Of a DNA stretch of 64,000 nucleotides, positions 1-13,356 are shown piece after piece (the first letter of the stretch is position 1; each line of letters starts with the position of its first letter). Origin of the DNA: Pristiophorus japonicus (Eukaryota); contig NW_027252691.1 of assembly GCF_044704955.1 (NCBI RefSeq), forward strand, positions 62,001 through 126,000, given 5' to 3'. Under the pieces are notes generated by a model. It was not told the DNA's origin and made no database searches. It worked only from the letters and a program-made list of their open reading frames with translations. The translations under genes and the position numbers were made by a program.

Positions 1-1415
1 TGTATAGTCAGTGATTCTCAAACCCAGGTGTAATATACACCGTGTATAGTCAGTGATTCTCAAACCCAGGTGTAATATACACCGTGTATAGTCAGTGATT
101 CTCAAACCCAGGTTTAATATACACTGTATATAGTCAGTGATTCTCAAACCCAGGTGTAATATACACCGTGTATAGTCAGTGATTCTCAAACCCAGGTTTA
201 ATATACACTGTATATAGTCAGTGATTATCAAACCCAGGTTTAATATACACTGTATATAGTCAGTGATTCTCAAACCCAGGTTTAATATACACCGTGTATA
301 GTCAGTGATTATCAAACCCAGGTTTAATATACACTGTATATAGTCAGTGATTATCAAACCCAGGTTTAATATACACCGTGTATAGTCAGTGATTATCAAA
401 CCCAGGTTTAATATACACTGTATATAGTCAGTGATTATCAAACCCAGGTTTAATATACACTGTGTATAATCAGTGATTATCAAACCCAGGTTTAATATAC
501 ACCGTGTATAGTCAGTGATTATCAAACCCAGGTTTAATATACACTGTATATAGTCAGCGATTATCATACCCAGGTTTAATATACACCGTGTATAGTCAGT
601 GATTATCAAACACAGGTTTAATATACACCGTATATAGTCAGTGATTCTCAAACCCATGTTTAATATACACCGTATATAGTCAGTGATTATCAAACCCAGG
701 TTTAATATACACCGTGTATAGTCAGTGATTATCAAACCCAGGTTTAATATACACCGTATATAGTCAGTGATTATCAAACCCAGGTTTAATATACACCGTA
801 TATAGTCAGTGATTCTCAAACCCAGGTTTAATATACACCGTATATAGTCAGTGATTATCAAACCCAGGTTTAATATACACCGTATATAGTCAGTGATTCT
901 CAAACCCAGGTTTAATATACACCGTATATAGTCAGTGATTATCAAACCCAGGTTTAATATACACCATGTATAGTCAGTGATTATCAAGCCCAGGTTTAAT
1001 ATACACCGTGTATAGTCAGTGATTATCAAACCCAGGTTTAATATACACCATGTATAGTCAGTGATTATCAAACCCAGGTTTAATATACACCGTATATAGT
1101 CAGTGATTATCAAACCCAGGTTTAATATACACCGTATATAGTCAGTGATTCTCAAACCCAGGTTTAATATACACCGTGTATAGTCAGTGATTATCAAACC
1201 CAGGTTTAATATACACCGTATATAGTCAGTGATTATCAAACCCAGGTTTAATATACACCGTGTATAGTCAGTGATTATCAAACCCAGGTTTAATATACAC
1301 CATGTATAGTCAGTGATTATCAAACCCAGGTTTAATATACACCGTGTATAGTCAGTGATTATCAAACCCAGGTTTAATATACACCGTGTATAGTCAGTGA
1401 TTATCAAACCCAGGT
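1..1415. repeat. 42-bp minisatellite (tgtatagtcagtgattatcaaacccaggtttaatatacaccg)n, ~33 copies, runs off window start
   Basis: The unit recurs at 1, 43, 85 and onward with few substitutions. Confidence 0.95.
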
Positions 1416-1732
1416 TGAGTCTGCACGGTGCTGATGTTAAATGTTGCGGTTTTTGGAAGGTGCTCAGCCCCTGTCTTGCATCAGTGATCAAGTCTGGACA
1501 TTGAACAGTTCCCAGTGACAGAGGCTCACCCATCATCAGCCCACACAGGGCCGCAATATTCCCCTTGTTATTCCAAAATGATGATATTATTGGGCGAGCG
1601 ACACTTCATTCCGTTTACTCAGGGGGAGGAGGGGAGGGGAATTTATAAAACCACTTCCCAAACTTGAATTCCTTGTGATCATTGAGCTCCTGTCGTTGAC
1701 TGATGTCAGTATCCGGGAGCTGGGTGAATGAT

Positions 1733-2288
1733 ACATAGAAACATAGAAAATAGGTGCAGGAGTATGCCATTCGGCCCTTCGAGCCTGCACCACCATTCAA
1801 TAAGATCATGGCTGATCATTCCTTCAGTACCCCTTTCCGGCTTTCTAACCATACCCCTTGATCCCTTTAGCCGTAAGGGCCACATCTAACTCCCTCTTGA
1901 ATATGTCCAATGAACTGGCATCAACAACTCTCTGTGGCAGGGAATTCCACAGGTTAACAACTCTCTGAGTGAAGAAGTTTCTCCTCATCACAGTCCTAAA
2001 TGGCCTACCCCTTATCCTCAGACTGTGACCCCTGGTTCTGGACTTCCCCAACATCGGGAACATTCTTCCTGCATCTAACTTGTCTAGTCCCGTCAGAATC
2101 TTATATGTCTCTATGAGATCCCCTCTCATTCTTCTAAACTCCAGTGAATACAGGCCCAGTTGATCCAGTCTCTTCTCATATGACAGTCCAGCCATCCCTG
2201 GAATCAGTCTGGTGAATCTTCGCTGCACTCCCTCAATAGCACTTCCTCAGATTAGGAGACCAAAACTGTACACAATACTCCAGGTGTG
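1733..2288 (-). mobile_element. CR1-type LINE 3' fragment
   Basis: ORF 1845-2228 is a CR1 RT C-terminus (QRRFTRLIPG...TRGHSL...FFTQRVVNLWNSLP) and is followed by a (catagaaa)n tail. Confidence 0.92.
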
Positions 2289-2423
2289 GAACCCTTTCTA
2301 TTTCTGCTACCCAGAGTTTTCATCCAAAACCTATCGGGTTGTGCAGGGCACCAGTCGGGCTGCTGTGTCCTTTCTCAGCAATGTGCCTCAGGACCAACAT
2401 CATTAAAGACGCCCCCCCGCCTT

Positions 2424-3422
2424 TCACTGGATCAATGGGACATTACGTCCCTCCCTTTCACTGGATCATTGGGACATTCCCCCCACCCCTTTCACTGGAT
2501 CAATGGAACATCCCCCCCCCCCCCCCGTCACTGGATCAATGGAACATTCCCCCCCCCCGTCACTGGATCATTGGGACATTACGTCCCTCCCTTTCACTGG
2601 ATCATTGGGACATTCCCCCCACCCCTTTCACTGGATCAATGGAACATCCCCCCCCCCCCGTCACTGGATCAATGGAACATTCCCCCCCCCCCCCCCGTCA
2701 CTGGATCAATGGGACATTTCCCCCCCCCCATCACTGGATCAATTGGACATTCCCCTTCCCCCCCCCCACGTCACTGGATCAATGGAACATACCCCCCCCC
2801 GTCACTGGATCAATGGAACATTCCCCCCCCCCCGTCACTGGATCAATGGGACATTCCCACCCCCCTTTCAATGGATCAATTGGACATTCCCCTCCGCCCC
2901 CCCCACCCCCCACGTCACTGGATCAATGGAACATCCCCCCCCCCCGTCACTGGATCAATGGAACATTCCCCCCCCCCCGTCACTGGATCAATGGAACATT
3001 TCCCCCCCCCCCGTCACTGGATCAATGGAACATCCCCCCCCCCCGTCACTGGATCAATGGGACATTCCCCCCCCCCGTCACTGGATCAATGGGACATTCC
3101 CACCCCCCTTTCAATGGATCAATTGGACATTCCCCTCCGCCCCCCCACCCCCCATGTCACTGGATCAATGGAACATTCCCCCCCCCCCCGTCACTGGATC
3201 AATGGAATATCCCCCCCCCCCCCCCCGTCACTGGATCAATGGAACATCCCCCCCCCCCCCCCGTCACTGGATCAATGGAACATTTCCCCCCCCCCGTCAC
3301 TGGATCAATGGAACATTTCCCCACCCCCCCGTCACTGGATCAATGGAACATCCCCCCCCCCCCCCCCGTCACTGGATCAATGGGACATTCCCCCCTCCCC
3401 CGTCACTGGATCAATGGGACAT
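2424..3422. repeat. ~35-40 bp poly-C minisatellite (gtcactggatcaatggaacatt-Cn)
   Basis: A constant core alternates with variable C runs. The array is G-rich on the minus strand. Confidence 0.93.
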
Positions 3423-3611
3423 TACTCTTTCCCCCCCCCCCCCCACCCCGCCCTCACTGTATCCCTGGGCCAGAGATGGTCCTCCAATTGTTGCCCACTC
3501 GGCCCAGACCAAAGAGGCAATGGTCAAGCTGTGGGGCCGGGACCGACCCGAAGTGACCCAGCAAAGAATGACCATGTAGACCAGGAGTGGGCTGGGCTGG
3601 GGAACCGAGCT

Positions 3612-5803
3612 TGGGCTGTACCCCCTCCCTCTGTGTACACTCTATCCCCATATACACCGTGGGCTGTACCCCCTCCCTCTGTGTACACTCTATCCCCATA
3701 TACACCGTGGGCTGTGCCCCCTCCCTCTGTGTACACTCTATTCCCACACACACCATGGGCTGTACCCTCCCTCTGTGTACACTCTATCCTACACACACCG
3801 TGGGCTGTACCCTCCCTCTGTGTACACTGTATCCCCATATACACCGTGGGCTGACCCTCCCTCTGTGTACACTCTATCCCACACACACCGTGGGCTGTAC
3901 CCTCCCTCTGTGTGCACTCTATCCCCACACACACCGTGGGCTGACCCTCCCTCTGTGTACACTCTATCCCCACACACAGCGTGGGTTGTACCCCCTCCCT
4001 CTGTGTACACTGTATCCACACACACCATGGGTTGACCCTCCCTCTGTGTACACTCTATCCCCGTATACACCGTGGGCTGTACCCCCTCCATCTGTGTACA
4101 CTCTATCCCCACACACACCGTGGGCTGTACCCCCTCCCTCTGTGTACACTCTATCCCCGTATACACCGTGGGCTGTACCCCCTCCCTCTGTGTACACTCT
4201 ATCCCCACACACACCATGGGCTGTACCCTCCCTCTGTGTACACTGTATCCCAATATACACCGTGGGCTGACCCTCCCTCTGTGTGCACTCTATCCCCACA
4301 CACACCGTGGGCTGTACCCCCTCCCTCTGTGTACACTCTATCCCCACACACCGTGGCCTGACCCTTCCTCTTTGTACAGTCTATCCCCACACACCGTGGC
4401 CTGACCCTTCCTCTGTGTAACACTCTATCCCACACACCATGGGCTGTACCCTCCCTCTGTGTACACTCTATCCCCACACACCGTGGGCTGTACCCTCCCT
4501 CTGTGTACACTCTATCCCCACACACACCATACGCTGACCCTCCCTCTGTGTACGCTCTATCCACACACACCGTGGCCTGACCCTCCCTCTGTGTACACTC
4601 TATCCCCACACACACCGTGACCTGACCCTCCCTCTGTGTACACTCTATCCACACACACCGTGGCCTGACCCTCCCTCTGTGTACACTCTATCCCCACACA
4701 CACCGTGGGCTGACCCTCCCTCTGTGTACACTCTATCCCCATATACACCGTGGGCTGTACCCCCTCCCTCTGTGTGCACTCTATCCCCACACACACCATG
4801 GGCTGTACCCTCCCTCTGTGTACACTGTATCCCAATATACACCGTGGGCTGACCCTCCCTCTGTGTGCACTCTATCCCACACACACCGTGGGCTGTACCC
4901 CCTCCCTCTGTGTACACTCTATCCCCACACACCGTGGCCTGACCCTTCCTCTTTGTACAGTCTATCCCCACACACCGTGGCCTGACCCTTCCTCTGTGTA
5001 ACACTCTATCCCACACACCATGGGCTGTACCCTCCCTCTGTGTACACTCTATCCCCACACACCGTGGGCTGTACCCTCCCTCTGTGTACACTCTATTCCC
5101 AACATACACCGTGGGCTGTACCCTCCCTCTGTGTGCACTCTATCCCCACACACACCATGGGCTGTACCCCTCCCTCTGTGTACGCTCTATCCACACACAC
5201 CGTGGCCTGACCCTCCCTCTGTGTACACTCTATCCCCACACACACCGTGACCTGACCCTCCCTCTGTGTACACTCTATCCACACACACCGTGGCCTGACC
5301 CTCCCTCTGTGTACACTCTATCCCCACACACACCGTGGGCTGACCCTCCCTCTGTGTACACTCTATCCCCAAACACACTGTGGGCTGTACCCTCCCTCTG
5401 TGTACACTCTATCCCCACACACACTGTGGGCTGTACACCCTCCCTCTGTGTACACTCTATCTCTACACACACTGTGGGCTGACCCTCCCTCTGTGTACAC
5501 TCTATCCCCACACACACTGTGGGCTGTACACCCTCCCTCTGTGTACACTCTATCTCCACACACACTGTGGGCTGTACACCCTCCCTCTGTGTACACTCTA
5601 TCCCCACACACACTGTGGGCTGTACCCCCTCCCTCTGTGTACACTCTATCTCCACACACACTGTGGGCTGACCCTCCCTCTGTGTACACTCTATCCCCAC
5701 ACACACTGTGGGCTGTACCCTCCCTCTGTGTACACTCTATCCCCACACACACCGTGGGCTGACCCTCCCTCTGTGTACACTCTATCCCCACACACACTGT
5801 GGG
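3612..5803. repeat. ~43-bp minisatellite (gggctgtaccctccctctgtgtacactctatccccacacacaccgt)n
   Basis: Tandem units are visible directly, and the overlapping ORFs are repetitive. Confidence 0.95.
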
Positions 5804-5871
5804 CCGTGTCTATAAGCCATCAGACACTTTGTAATAAAATCCAGCGGCCAATTCCATTCACAATCAATCAC

Positions 5872-5877
5872 TTTATT
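5872..5877 (-). promoter_or_regulatory. candidate polyadenylation signal AATAAA for the short secretory Ig transcript
   Basis: tttatt on the + strand lies ~150 nt downstream of the stop codon of the candidate tail exon. Confidence 0.5.
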
Positions 5878-6028
5878 TCGCATTTGTTTTGGTGACATTT
5901 ATATTGATGCTCGTCACCATCGGGAAGGGTCACTTTAAGGTTAGTCTGGTAGAGAAACTTCGGCACACACCCAGAACAAGAGCACGCAGCGTTTCCACCT
6001 GGAACCGGAAGAGTTGCAGATTTAAGTG

Positions 6029-6165
6029 TTATACATTTTCACCTCCCGTCCCGTGCTGGGAAAGTGGGAGCTCCACACGGCCCCGGAGCTCTGCTCCATC
6101 CGGAGTTTGTATGATGCTAAAAGGGAGCAGATCGTGTGGACCATAACACGCTGTCTCACCTGGTC
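6029..6165 (-). CDS. candidate secretory-tail terminal exon of the short (2-C-domain) Ig heavy chain: GPGETACYGPHDLLPFSIIQTPDGAELRGRVELPLSQHGTGGENV*
   Basis: The acceptor (gttcgcctgttcAG) is phase 1 and matches the CH2 donor. The frame is open for 45 aa to TAA, AATAAA follows, and the sequence is non-repetitive. I could not recognise homology to known tails. Confidence 0.45.
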
Positions 6166-6344
6166 CTGAACAGGCGAACCAGAGACACGAGCTGCGCTTA
6201 AAGGGGAGCTGGGGACGGGTCACTTCAAATCTGATGTGGGGGATCAATATTTCAGTGAGTGGTCAATCGATGGAACACGTTCCCTCAGGAGAGGGTGCAG
6301 CAGCTCGTGGCAATTCATTCAAAGCAGATTTATTTCCTACCTGT

Positions 6345-7035
6345 GGGTGTATGTGCAGAAATCGCAGAAGGTTGAGAGGAGATTTGACAGAGGTGTTCTC
6401 AGGTTGGGAAAGCAGTTATAAAGGCTTCCAGGATCCTGGGCTTCATAAACCGAGACACAGAGTACTGCCCGTGGGAATGATGATGGACCTGTATAAAACA
6501 CGGGTTCGACCCCAGCTGGAGTATTGTGTCCAATTCTGGGCCCCGCACTTTAGGAAGGATGTGAAGGCCTTAGAGAGAGTGCAGAGGGGATTTCCGAGAA
6601 TGGTTCCAGGGATGAGGGACTTCAGTGACGGGGATAGACTGGAGAAACTGGGGTTGTTCCCCTTGGAGCAGAGAAGGTTGAGAGGAGATTTGATTGAAGT
6701 GTTCACAATCATGAGGGGTCTGGACAGAGGTCGAGAGAAACTGTTCCCATTGGGGGAAGGGTCAGGAACCAGAGGGACACAGATTTAAGGCGATTGGCAG
6801 AAGAACCAAAGGGATGTAAGAAAATACTTGTTTACGCAGCGAGTGGTTGGGATCTGGAATTCACGGCCTGAGAGGGTGGGGGAGGCAGACTCAATCCTGC
6901 TTTCAAAAGGGAGTTGGATAAATATCTGAAGGGAAAAATATTGGCGGGCTACGGGGAAAGGGCGGGGAGTGGGACTGGCTGGGGTCAGCACGGGCTCGAT
7001 GGGCTGACTGGCCTTTCGTGCTGTGACCATTCTCT
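6345..7035 (+). mobile_element. older CR1 LINE 3' fragment
   Basis: ORF 6234-6788 contains RPQLEYCVQFWAP...RRLRGDLIEVF. Confidence 0.85.
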
Positions 7036-7410
7036 GGTTCTAGTCTATAAAATAACATTTGGGAGACAGTAGGAAGGGAACAGGTAGGAGGTGAAGGTAT
7101 CGATGGGCCGCCCGTTTCACGCTCCGCACCATTATCCTTTCCATTGAAGTCAGCGGAGAGTAAAATCGGGCGAGAGTGTAAACGGGTGACCAGCCCGACC
7201 CCGGCAGTTTCCCCGCCCAGCGCCTTGGGTTAAAGTTACTCTCTCTAAGTGTCGGTTCAATATCAACACGTAAAATACTAAACATCTCGCCTCTCTCACC
7301 AGGGGCGATATTCGGGACAGTGATTCACGAGTTAAGGGCGAACATTAGCGCATTAAGTTAATACAAGGCTGGATTACTGACCATATTCCTCCCCCTCAGA
7401 CACCACTTAC

Positions 7411-7716
7411 CCGCTTGATACCTCATGCTGATTGTGTTAGGGAGGTTCGAAGATCCATGGGCCACTTCACAGGTGTAGACCTCCCCCTTGGTCCATTCCT
7501 CCACAGGCACCGTCAGGTAAGCCACCGTTTCAAAGGTATCGGCGGCTCCCGGTCTGGAAGGGAGAACGATACCCTTCTGGTCCACCCCGCCTTTCTTCCA
7601 GGAAACCTTTAGTTTGTCGGGATAGAATCCAGATATGGCACAGCCCAGGACAGCGGTGGTTTGATTGTAGACAACCTCCGGCGATGGAACAAGCGAGATG
7701 AGGCTTGGAGCTTGAG
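7411..7716 (-). CDS. IGHW: Ig heavy-chain constant exon CH2 (C1-set), IgW-like
   Basis: Acceptor ttacAG and donor GTAAG bound a 306-nt phase 1-1 exon. It reads TQAPSLISLVPSPEVVYNQTTAVLGCAISGFYPDKLKVSWKK...EEWTKGEVYTCEVAH...ISMRYQA, with the C1-set Cys, FYP, Trp and YxCxVxH motifs and no stops. Confidence 0.9.
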
Positions 7717-8049
7717 CTGTAACACGTTACAAGATTTCAGATTAAATGGGGTTGGGATTGGCCGCGATCTAATGCAGTAGCAGAACGGGCCGGAGAGGCT
7801 GACTAGCCTACCCCTGTTCCTGTGTTCCCCTGGACAGATATCGAGGGGTATCAACAGAACAAGGGAATCCTGTGGATCTCTCAGGTGACCTTTCATCTCA
7901 CTCAGCCTGTCAATCCACCCCCAATTGTGACTGGATTCTCTCTCGGCCTCTCCTGAAATGTGTGGTTACTTTTCAGATCTGGGCTCGGAAAACCAGCCTC
8001 CCTTTTCACATTTCAGATGCTGACCGATTTGCTGTGTATGTTCACAGCA

Positions 8050-8480
8050 TCATAGAAATTTACAGCACGGAAGGAGGCCATTCGACCCATCGTGTCCACA
8101 CCGGCCGACCAAGAGCTACCCAGCCTAATCCCACTTTCCAGCTCTCGGTCCGTAGCCCTGTGGGTTACAGCACTTCAGGTGTACATCCAGGTCCTGTTTA
8201 AATAAGGTGAGGGTTTCTGCCTCTACCACCCTTTCAGGCCGTGAGTTCCAGACCCCCACCACCCTCTGGGTTAAAAACTTTCCCCTCAAATTCCCCCGAC
8301 CAATTACTTTAAATCTACGTCCTCTGGTTATTGACCCCTCGGCTAAGGGAAACGAGTCCTTCCTATCCACTCTATCCAGGCCCCTCATAATTTTATACAC
8401 CTCAATCAGGTCTCCCCTCAGCCTCCTCTGTTCCAAAGTAAACAACCCCAGCCGATCCAATCTGTCCTCACAGCCAATGT
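8050..8480 (-). mobile_element. CR1 LINE 3' fragment
   Basis: The end of ORF 8125-11106 reads DRLDRLGLFTLEQRRLRGDLIEVYK...TQRVVGVWNS. Confidence 0.85.
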
Positions 8481-8598
8481 TTCTGCAGGGACCTGAAGAT
8501 CCCACAGTGCCCATAACCGGGTCTGGGATCGGAGTCGACAGGGCTGTACTTTGTAACCTTCTCGCTGAGCCTGTGGGGAAACTACAATTATCCACAAG

Positions 8599-11500
8599 GT
8601 GCAGGCAGTGTGAGCCCGTACCTTCACCATTCCCCCTCCATGGTGCAGTGTGAGCCGTACTATCACCATTCCCCCTCCATGGTGCAGTGTGAGCCCGTAC
8701 CTTCACCATTCCCCCTCCATGGTGCAGTGTGAGACGTACCGACACCATTCCCCCTCCATGGTGCAGTGTGAGACGTACCGACACCATTCCCCCTCCACGG
8801 TGCAGTGTGAGACGTACCGACACCATTCCCCCTCCATGGTGCAGTGTGAGCCCGTACCGACACCATTCCCCCTCCATGGTGCAGTGTGAGACGTACCGAC
8901 ACCATTCCCCCTCCATGGTGCAGGCAGTGTGAGACGTACCGACACCATTCCCCCTCCATGGTGCAGGCAGTGTGAGACGTACCGACACCATTCCCCCTCC
9001 ATGGTGCAGTGTGAGACGTACCGACACCATTCCCCCTCCATGGTGCAGTGTGAGACGTACCGACACCACTCCCCCTCCATGGTGCAGTGTGAGCCCGTAC
9101 CGACACCATTCCCCCTCCATGGTGCAGTGTGAGACGTACCGACACCATTCCCTCTCCATGGTGCAGTGTGAGACGTACCGACACCATTCCCTCTCCATGG
9201 TGCAGTGTGAGACGTACCGACACCATTCCCCCTCCATGGTGCAGTGTGAGACGTACCGACACCATTCCCCCTCCACGGTGCAGTGTGAGACGTACCGACA
9301 CCATTCCCTCTCCATGGTGCAGTGTGAGACGTACCGACACCATTCCCCCTCCACGGTGCAGTGTGAGACGTACCGACACCATTCCCCCTCCACGGTGCAG
9401 TGTGAGACGTACCGACACCATTCCCCCTCCATGGTGCAGTGTGAGACGTACTGACACCATTCCCCCTCCATGGTGCAGTGTGAGACGTACTGACACCATT
9501 CCCCCTCCATGGTGCAGTGTGAGACGTACCGACACCATTCCCCCTCCATGGTGCAGTGTGAGACGTACCGACACCATTCCCCTCCATGGTGCAGTGTGAG
9601 ACGTACTGACACCATTCCCCCTCCATGGTGCAGTGTGAGACGTACCGACACCATTCCCCCTCCATGGTGCAGTGTGAGACGTACCGACACCATTCCCCCT
9701 CCATGGTGCAGTGTGAGACGTACCGACACCATTCCCCTCCATGGTGCAGTGTGAGACGTACCGACACCATTCCCCCTCCATGGTGCAGTGTGAGACGTAC
9801 CGACACCATTCCCTCTCCATGGTGCAGGCAGTGTGAGACGTACCGACACCATTCCCCCTCCATGGTGCAGTGTGAGACGTACCGACACCATTCCCCCTCC
9901 ATGGTGCAGTGTGAGACGTACCGACACCATTCCCCCTCCATGGTGCAGTGTGAGACGTACCGACACCATTCCCCCTCCATGGTGCAGGCAGTGTGAGACG
10001 TACCGACACCATTCCCCCTCCATGGTGCAGTGTGAGACGTACCGACACCATTCCCCCTCCATGGTGCAGTGTGAGACGTACTGACACCATTCCCCCTCCA
10101 TGGTGCAGTGTGAGACGTACCGACACCATTCCCCCTCCATGGTGCAGGCAGTGTGAGACGTACCGACACCATTCCCTCTCCATGGTGCAGTGTGAGCCCG
10201 TACCGACACCATTCCCCCTCCATGGTGCAGTGTGAGACGTACTGACACCATTCCCCCTCCATGGTGCAGTGTGAGACGTACTGACACCATTCCCCCTCCA
10301 TGGTGCAGGCAGTGTGAGACGTACCGACACCATTCCCCCTCCATGGTGCAGGCAGTGTGAGACGTACCGACACCATTCCCCCTCCATGGTGCAGTGTGAG
10401 ACGTACCGACACCATTCCCCCTCCATGGTGCAGTGTGAGACGTACCGACACCATTCCCTCTCCATGGTGCAGTGTGAGCCCGTACCTTCACCATTCCCCC
10501 TCCATGGTGCAGGCAGTGTGAGACGTACTGACACCATTCCCCCTCCATGGTGCAGTGTGAGACGTACCGACACCATTCCCCCTCCATGGTGCAGTGTGAG
10601 ACGTACTGACACCATTCCCCCTCCATGGTGCAGGCAGTGTGAGACGTACCGACACCATTCCCCCTCCATGGTGCAGTGTGAGACGTACTGACACCATTCC
10701 CCCTCCATGGTGCAGGCAGTGTGAGACGTACCGACACCATTCCCCCTCCATGGTGCAGTGTGAGACGTACTGACACCATTCCCCCTCCATGGTGCAGTGT
10801 GAGACGTACCGACACCATTCCCCCTCCATGGTGCAGTGTGAGACGTACCGACACCATTCCCCCTCCATGGTGCAGTGTGAGACGTACTGACACCATTCCC
10901 CCTCCATGGTGCAGGCAGTGTGAGACGTACCGACACCATTCCCCCTCCATGGTGCAGTGTGAGACGTACTGACACCATTCCCCCTCCATGGTGCAGTGTG
11001 AGACGTACCGACACCATTCCCCCTCCATGGTGCAGTGTGAGACGTACCGACACCATTCCCCCTCCATGGTGCAGTGTGAGACGTACCGACACCATTCCCT
11101 CTCCATGGTGCAGTGTGAGACGTACCGTCACCATTCCCCCTCCATGGTGCAGTGTGAGACGTACCGACACCATTCCCCCTCCATGGTGCAGTGTGAGCCC
11201 GTACCGACACCATTCCCCCTCCATGGTGCAGTGTGAGACGTACCGACACCATTCCCCCTCCATGGTGCAGTGTGAGACGTACCGACACCATTCCCTCTCC
11301 ATGGTGCAGTGTGAGACGTACCGACACCATTCCCCCTCCATGGTGCAGTGTGAGACGTACCGACACCATTCCCTCTCCATGGTGCAGGCAGTGTGAGACG
11401 TACCGACACCATTCCCCCTCCATGGTGCAGTGTGAGACGTACCGACACCATTCCCTCTCCATGGTGCAGTGTGAGACGTACCGACACCATTCCCTCTCCA

Positions 11501-13212
11501 TGGTGCAGTGTGAGACGTACCGACACCATTCCCTCTCCATGGTGCAGGCAGTGTGAGACGTACCGACACCATTCCCCCTCCATGGTGCAGTGTGAGACGT
11601 ACCGACACCATTCCCCCTCCATGGTGCAGTGTGAGACGTACCGACACCATTCCCCCTCCACGGTGCAGTGTGAGACGTACCGACACCATTCCCCCTCCAT
11701 GGTGCAGTGTGAGACGTACCGACACCATTCCCTCTCCATGGTGCAGTGTGAGACGTACCGACACCATTCCCTCTCCATGGTGCAGTGTGAGACGTACCGA
11801 CACCATTCCCCCTCCATGGTGCAGTGTGAGACGTACCGACACCATTCCCCCTCCATGGTGCAGTGTGAGACGTACCGACACCATTCCCCCTCCATGGTGC
11901 AGTGTGAGACGTACCGACACCATTCCTCCTCCATGGTGCAGTGTGAGACGTACCGACACCATTCCCCCTCCATGGTGCAGTGTGAGACGTACCGACACCA
12001 TTCCCCCTCCATGGTGCAGTGTGAGACGTACCGACACCATTCCCCCTCCATGGTGCAGTGTGAGACGTACCGACACCATTCCCCCTCCATGGTGCAGTGT
12101 GAGACGTACCGACACCATTCCCCCTCCATGGTGCAGTGTGAGACGTACCGACACCATTCCCCCTCCATGGTGCAGTGTGAGACGTACCGACACCATTCCC
12201 ACTCCATGGTGCAGTGTGAGACGTACCGACACCATTCCCCCTCCATGGTGCAGTGTGAGACGTACCGACACCATTCCCCCTCTATGGTGCAGGCAGTGTG
12301 AGACGTACCTTCACCATTCCCCCTCCATGGTGCAGTGTGAGACGTACCGACACCATTCCCCCTCCATGGTGCAGCGTGAGACGTACCGACACCATTCCCC
12401 CTCCATGGTGCAGTGTGAGACGTACCGACACCATTCCCCCTCCATGGTGCAGTGTGAGACGTACCGACACCATTCCCCCTCCATGGTGCAGTGTGAGACG
12501 TACCTTCACCATTCCCCCTCCACGGTGCAGTGTGAGACGTACCGACACCATTCCCCCTCCATGGTGCAGGCAGTGTGAGACGTACTGACACCATTCCCCC
12601 TCCATGGTGCAGGCAGTGTGAGACGTACTGACACCATTCCCCCTCCATGGTGCAGTGTGAGACGTACCGACACCATTCCCGCTCCATGGTGCAGTGTGAG
12701 ACGTACCGACACCATTCCCCCTCCATGGTGCAGTGTGAGACGTACCGACACCATTCCCCCTCCATGGTGCAGTGTGAGACGTACCGACACCATTCCCTCT
12801 CCATGGTGCAGTGTGAGACGTACCGACACCATTCCCCCTCCATGGTGCAGTGTGAGACGTACCGACACCATTCCCCCTCCATGGTGCAGGCAGTGTGAGA
12901 CGTACCGACACCATTCCCCCTCCATGGTGCAGTGTGAGACGTACCGACACCATTCCCCCTCCATGGTGCAGTGTGAGACGTACCGACACCATTCCCTCTC
13001 CATGGTGCAGGCAGTGTGAGACGTACCGACACCATTCCCCCTCCATGGTGCAGTGTGAGACGTACCGACACCATTCCCCCTCCATGGTGCAGTGTGAGAC
13101 GTACCGACACCATTCCCCCTCCATGGTGCAGTGTGAGACGTACCGACACCATTCCCCCTCCATGGTGCAGGCAGTGTGAGACGTACCGACACCATTCCCC
13201 CTCCATGGTGCA
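8599..13212. repeat. 39-bp minisatellite (ggtgcagtgtgagacgtaccgacaccattccccctccat)n with 43-bp (+gcag) variants, ~115 copies
   Basis: A highly homogeneous tandem array inside the CH1-CH2 intron. Confidence 0.97.
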
Positions 13213-13356
13213 ATAGTAAATGGTGTCAATCGGTGTGGGGCGGGAACTCGAGGCGCCGACAGCCAATCGGCAGCCCACTTGTAGCTCCGCCCCATTGTCC
13301 TCACCATTGACCTCGGTGTAGGAAGGATGGACAAAAGAGAAAACGCAAGTTAAATG

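Noticed and set aside
1-1415. CRISPR-like regular repeats here and in the other arrays
   Set aside because: There are no unique spacers and no cas genes, and the context is vertebrate.
3440-3610. Possible Ig transmembrane exon in a unique island
   Set aside because: No frame gives the conserved FxxLFLLSxxYS transmembrane motif or suitable splice sites.
2286-3854. Proline-rich ORFs of 358-522 aa
   Set aside because: Artefact of the poly-C minisatellite.
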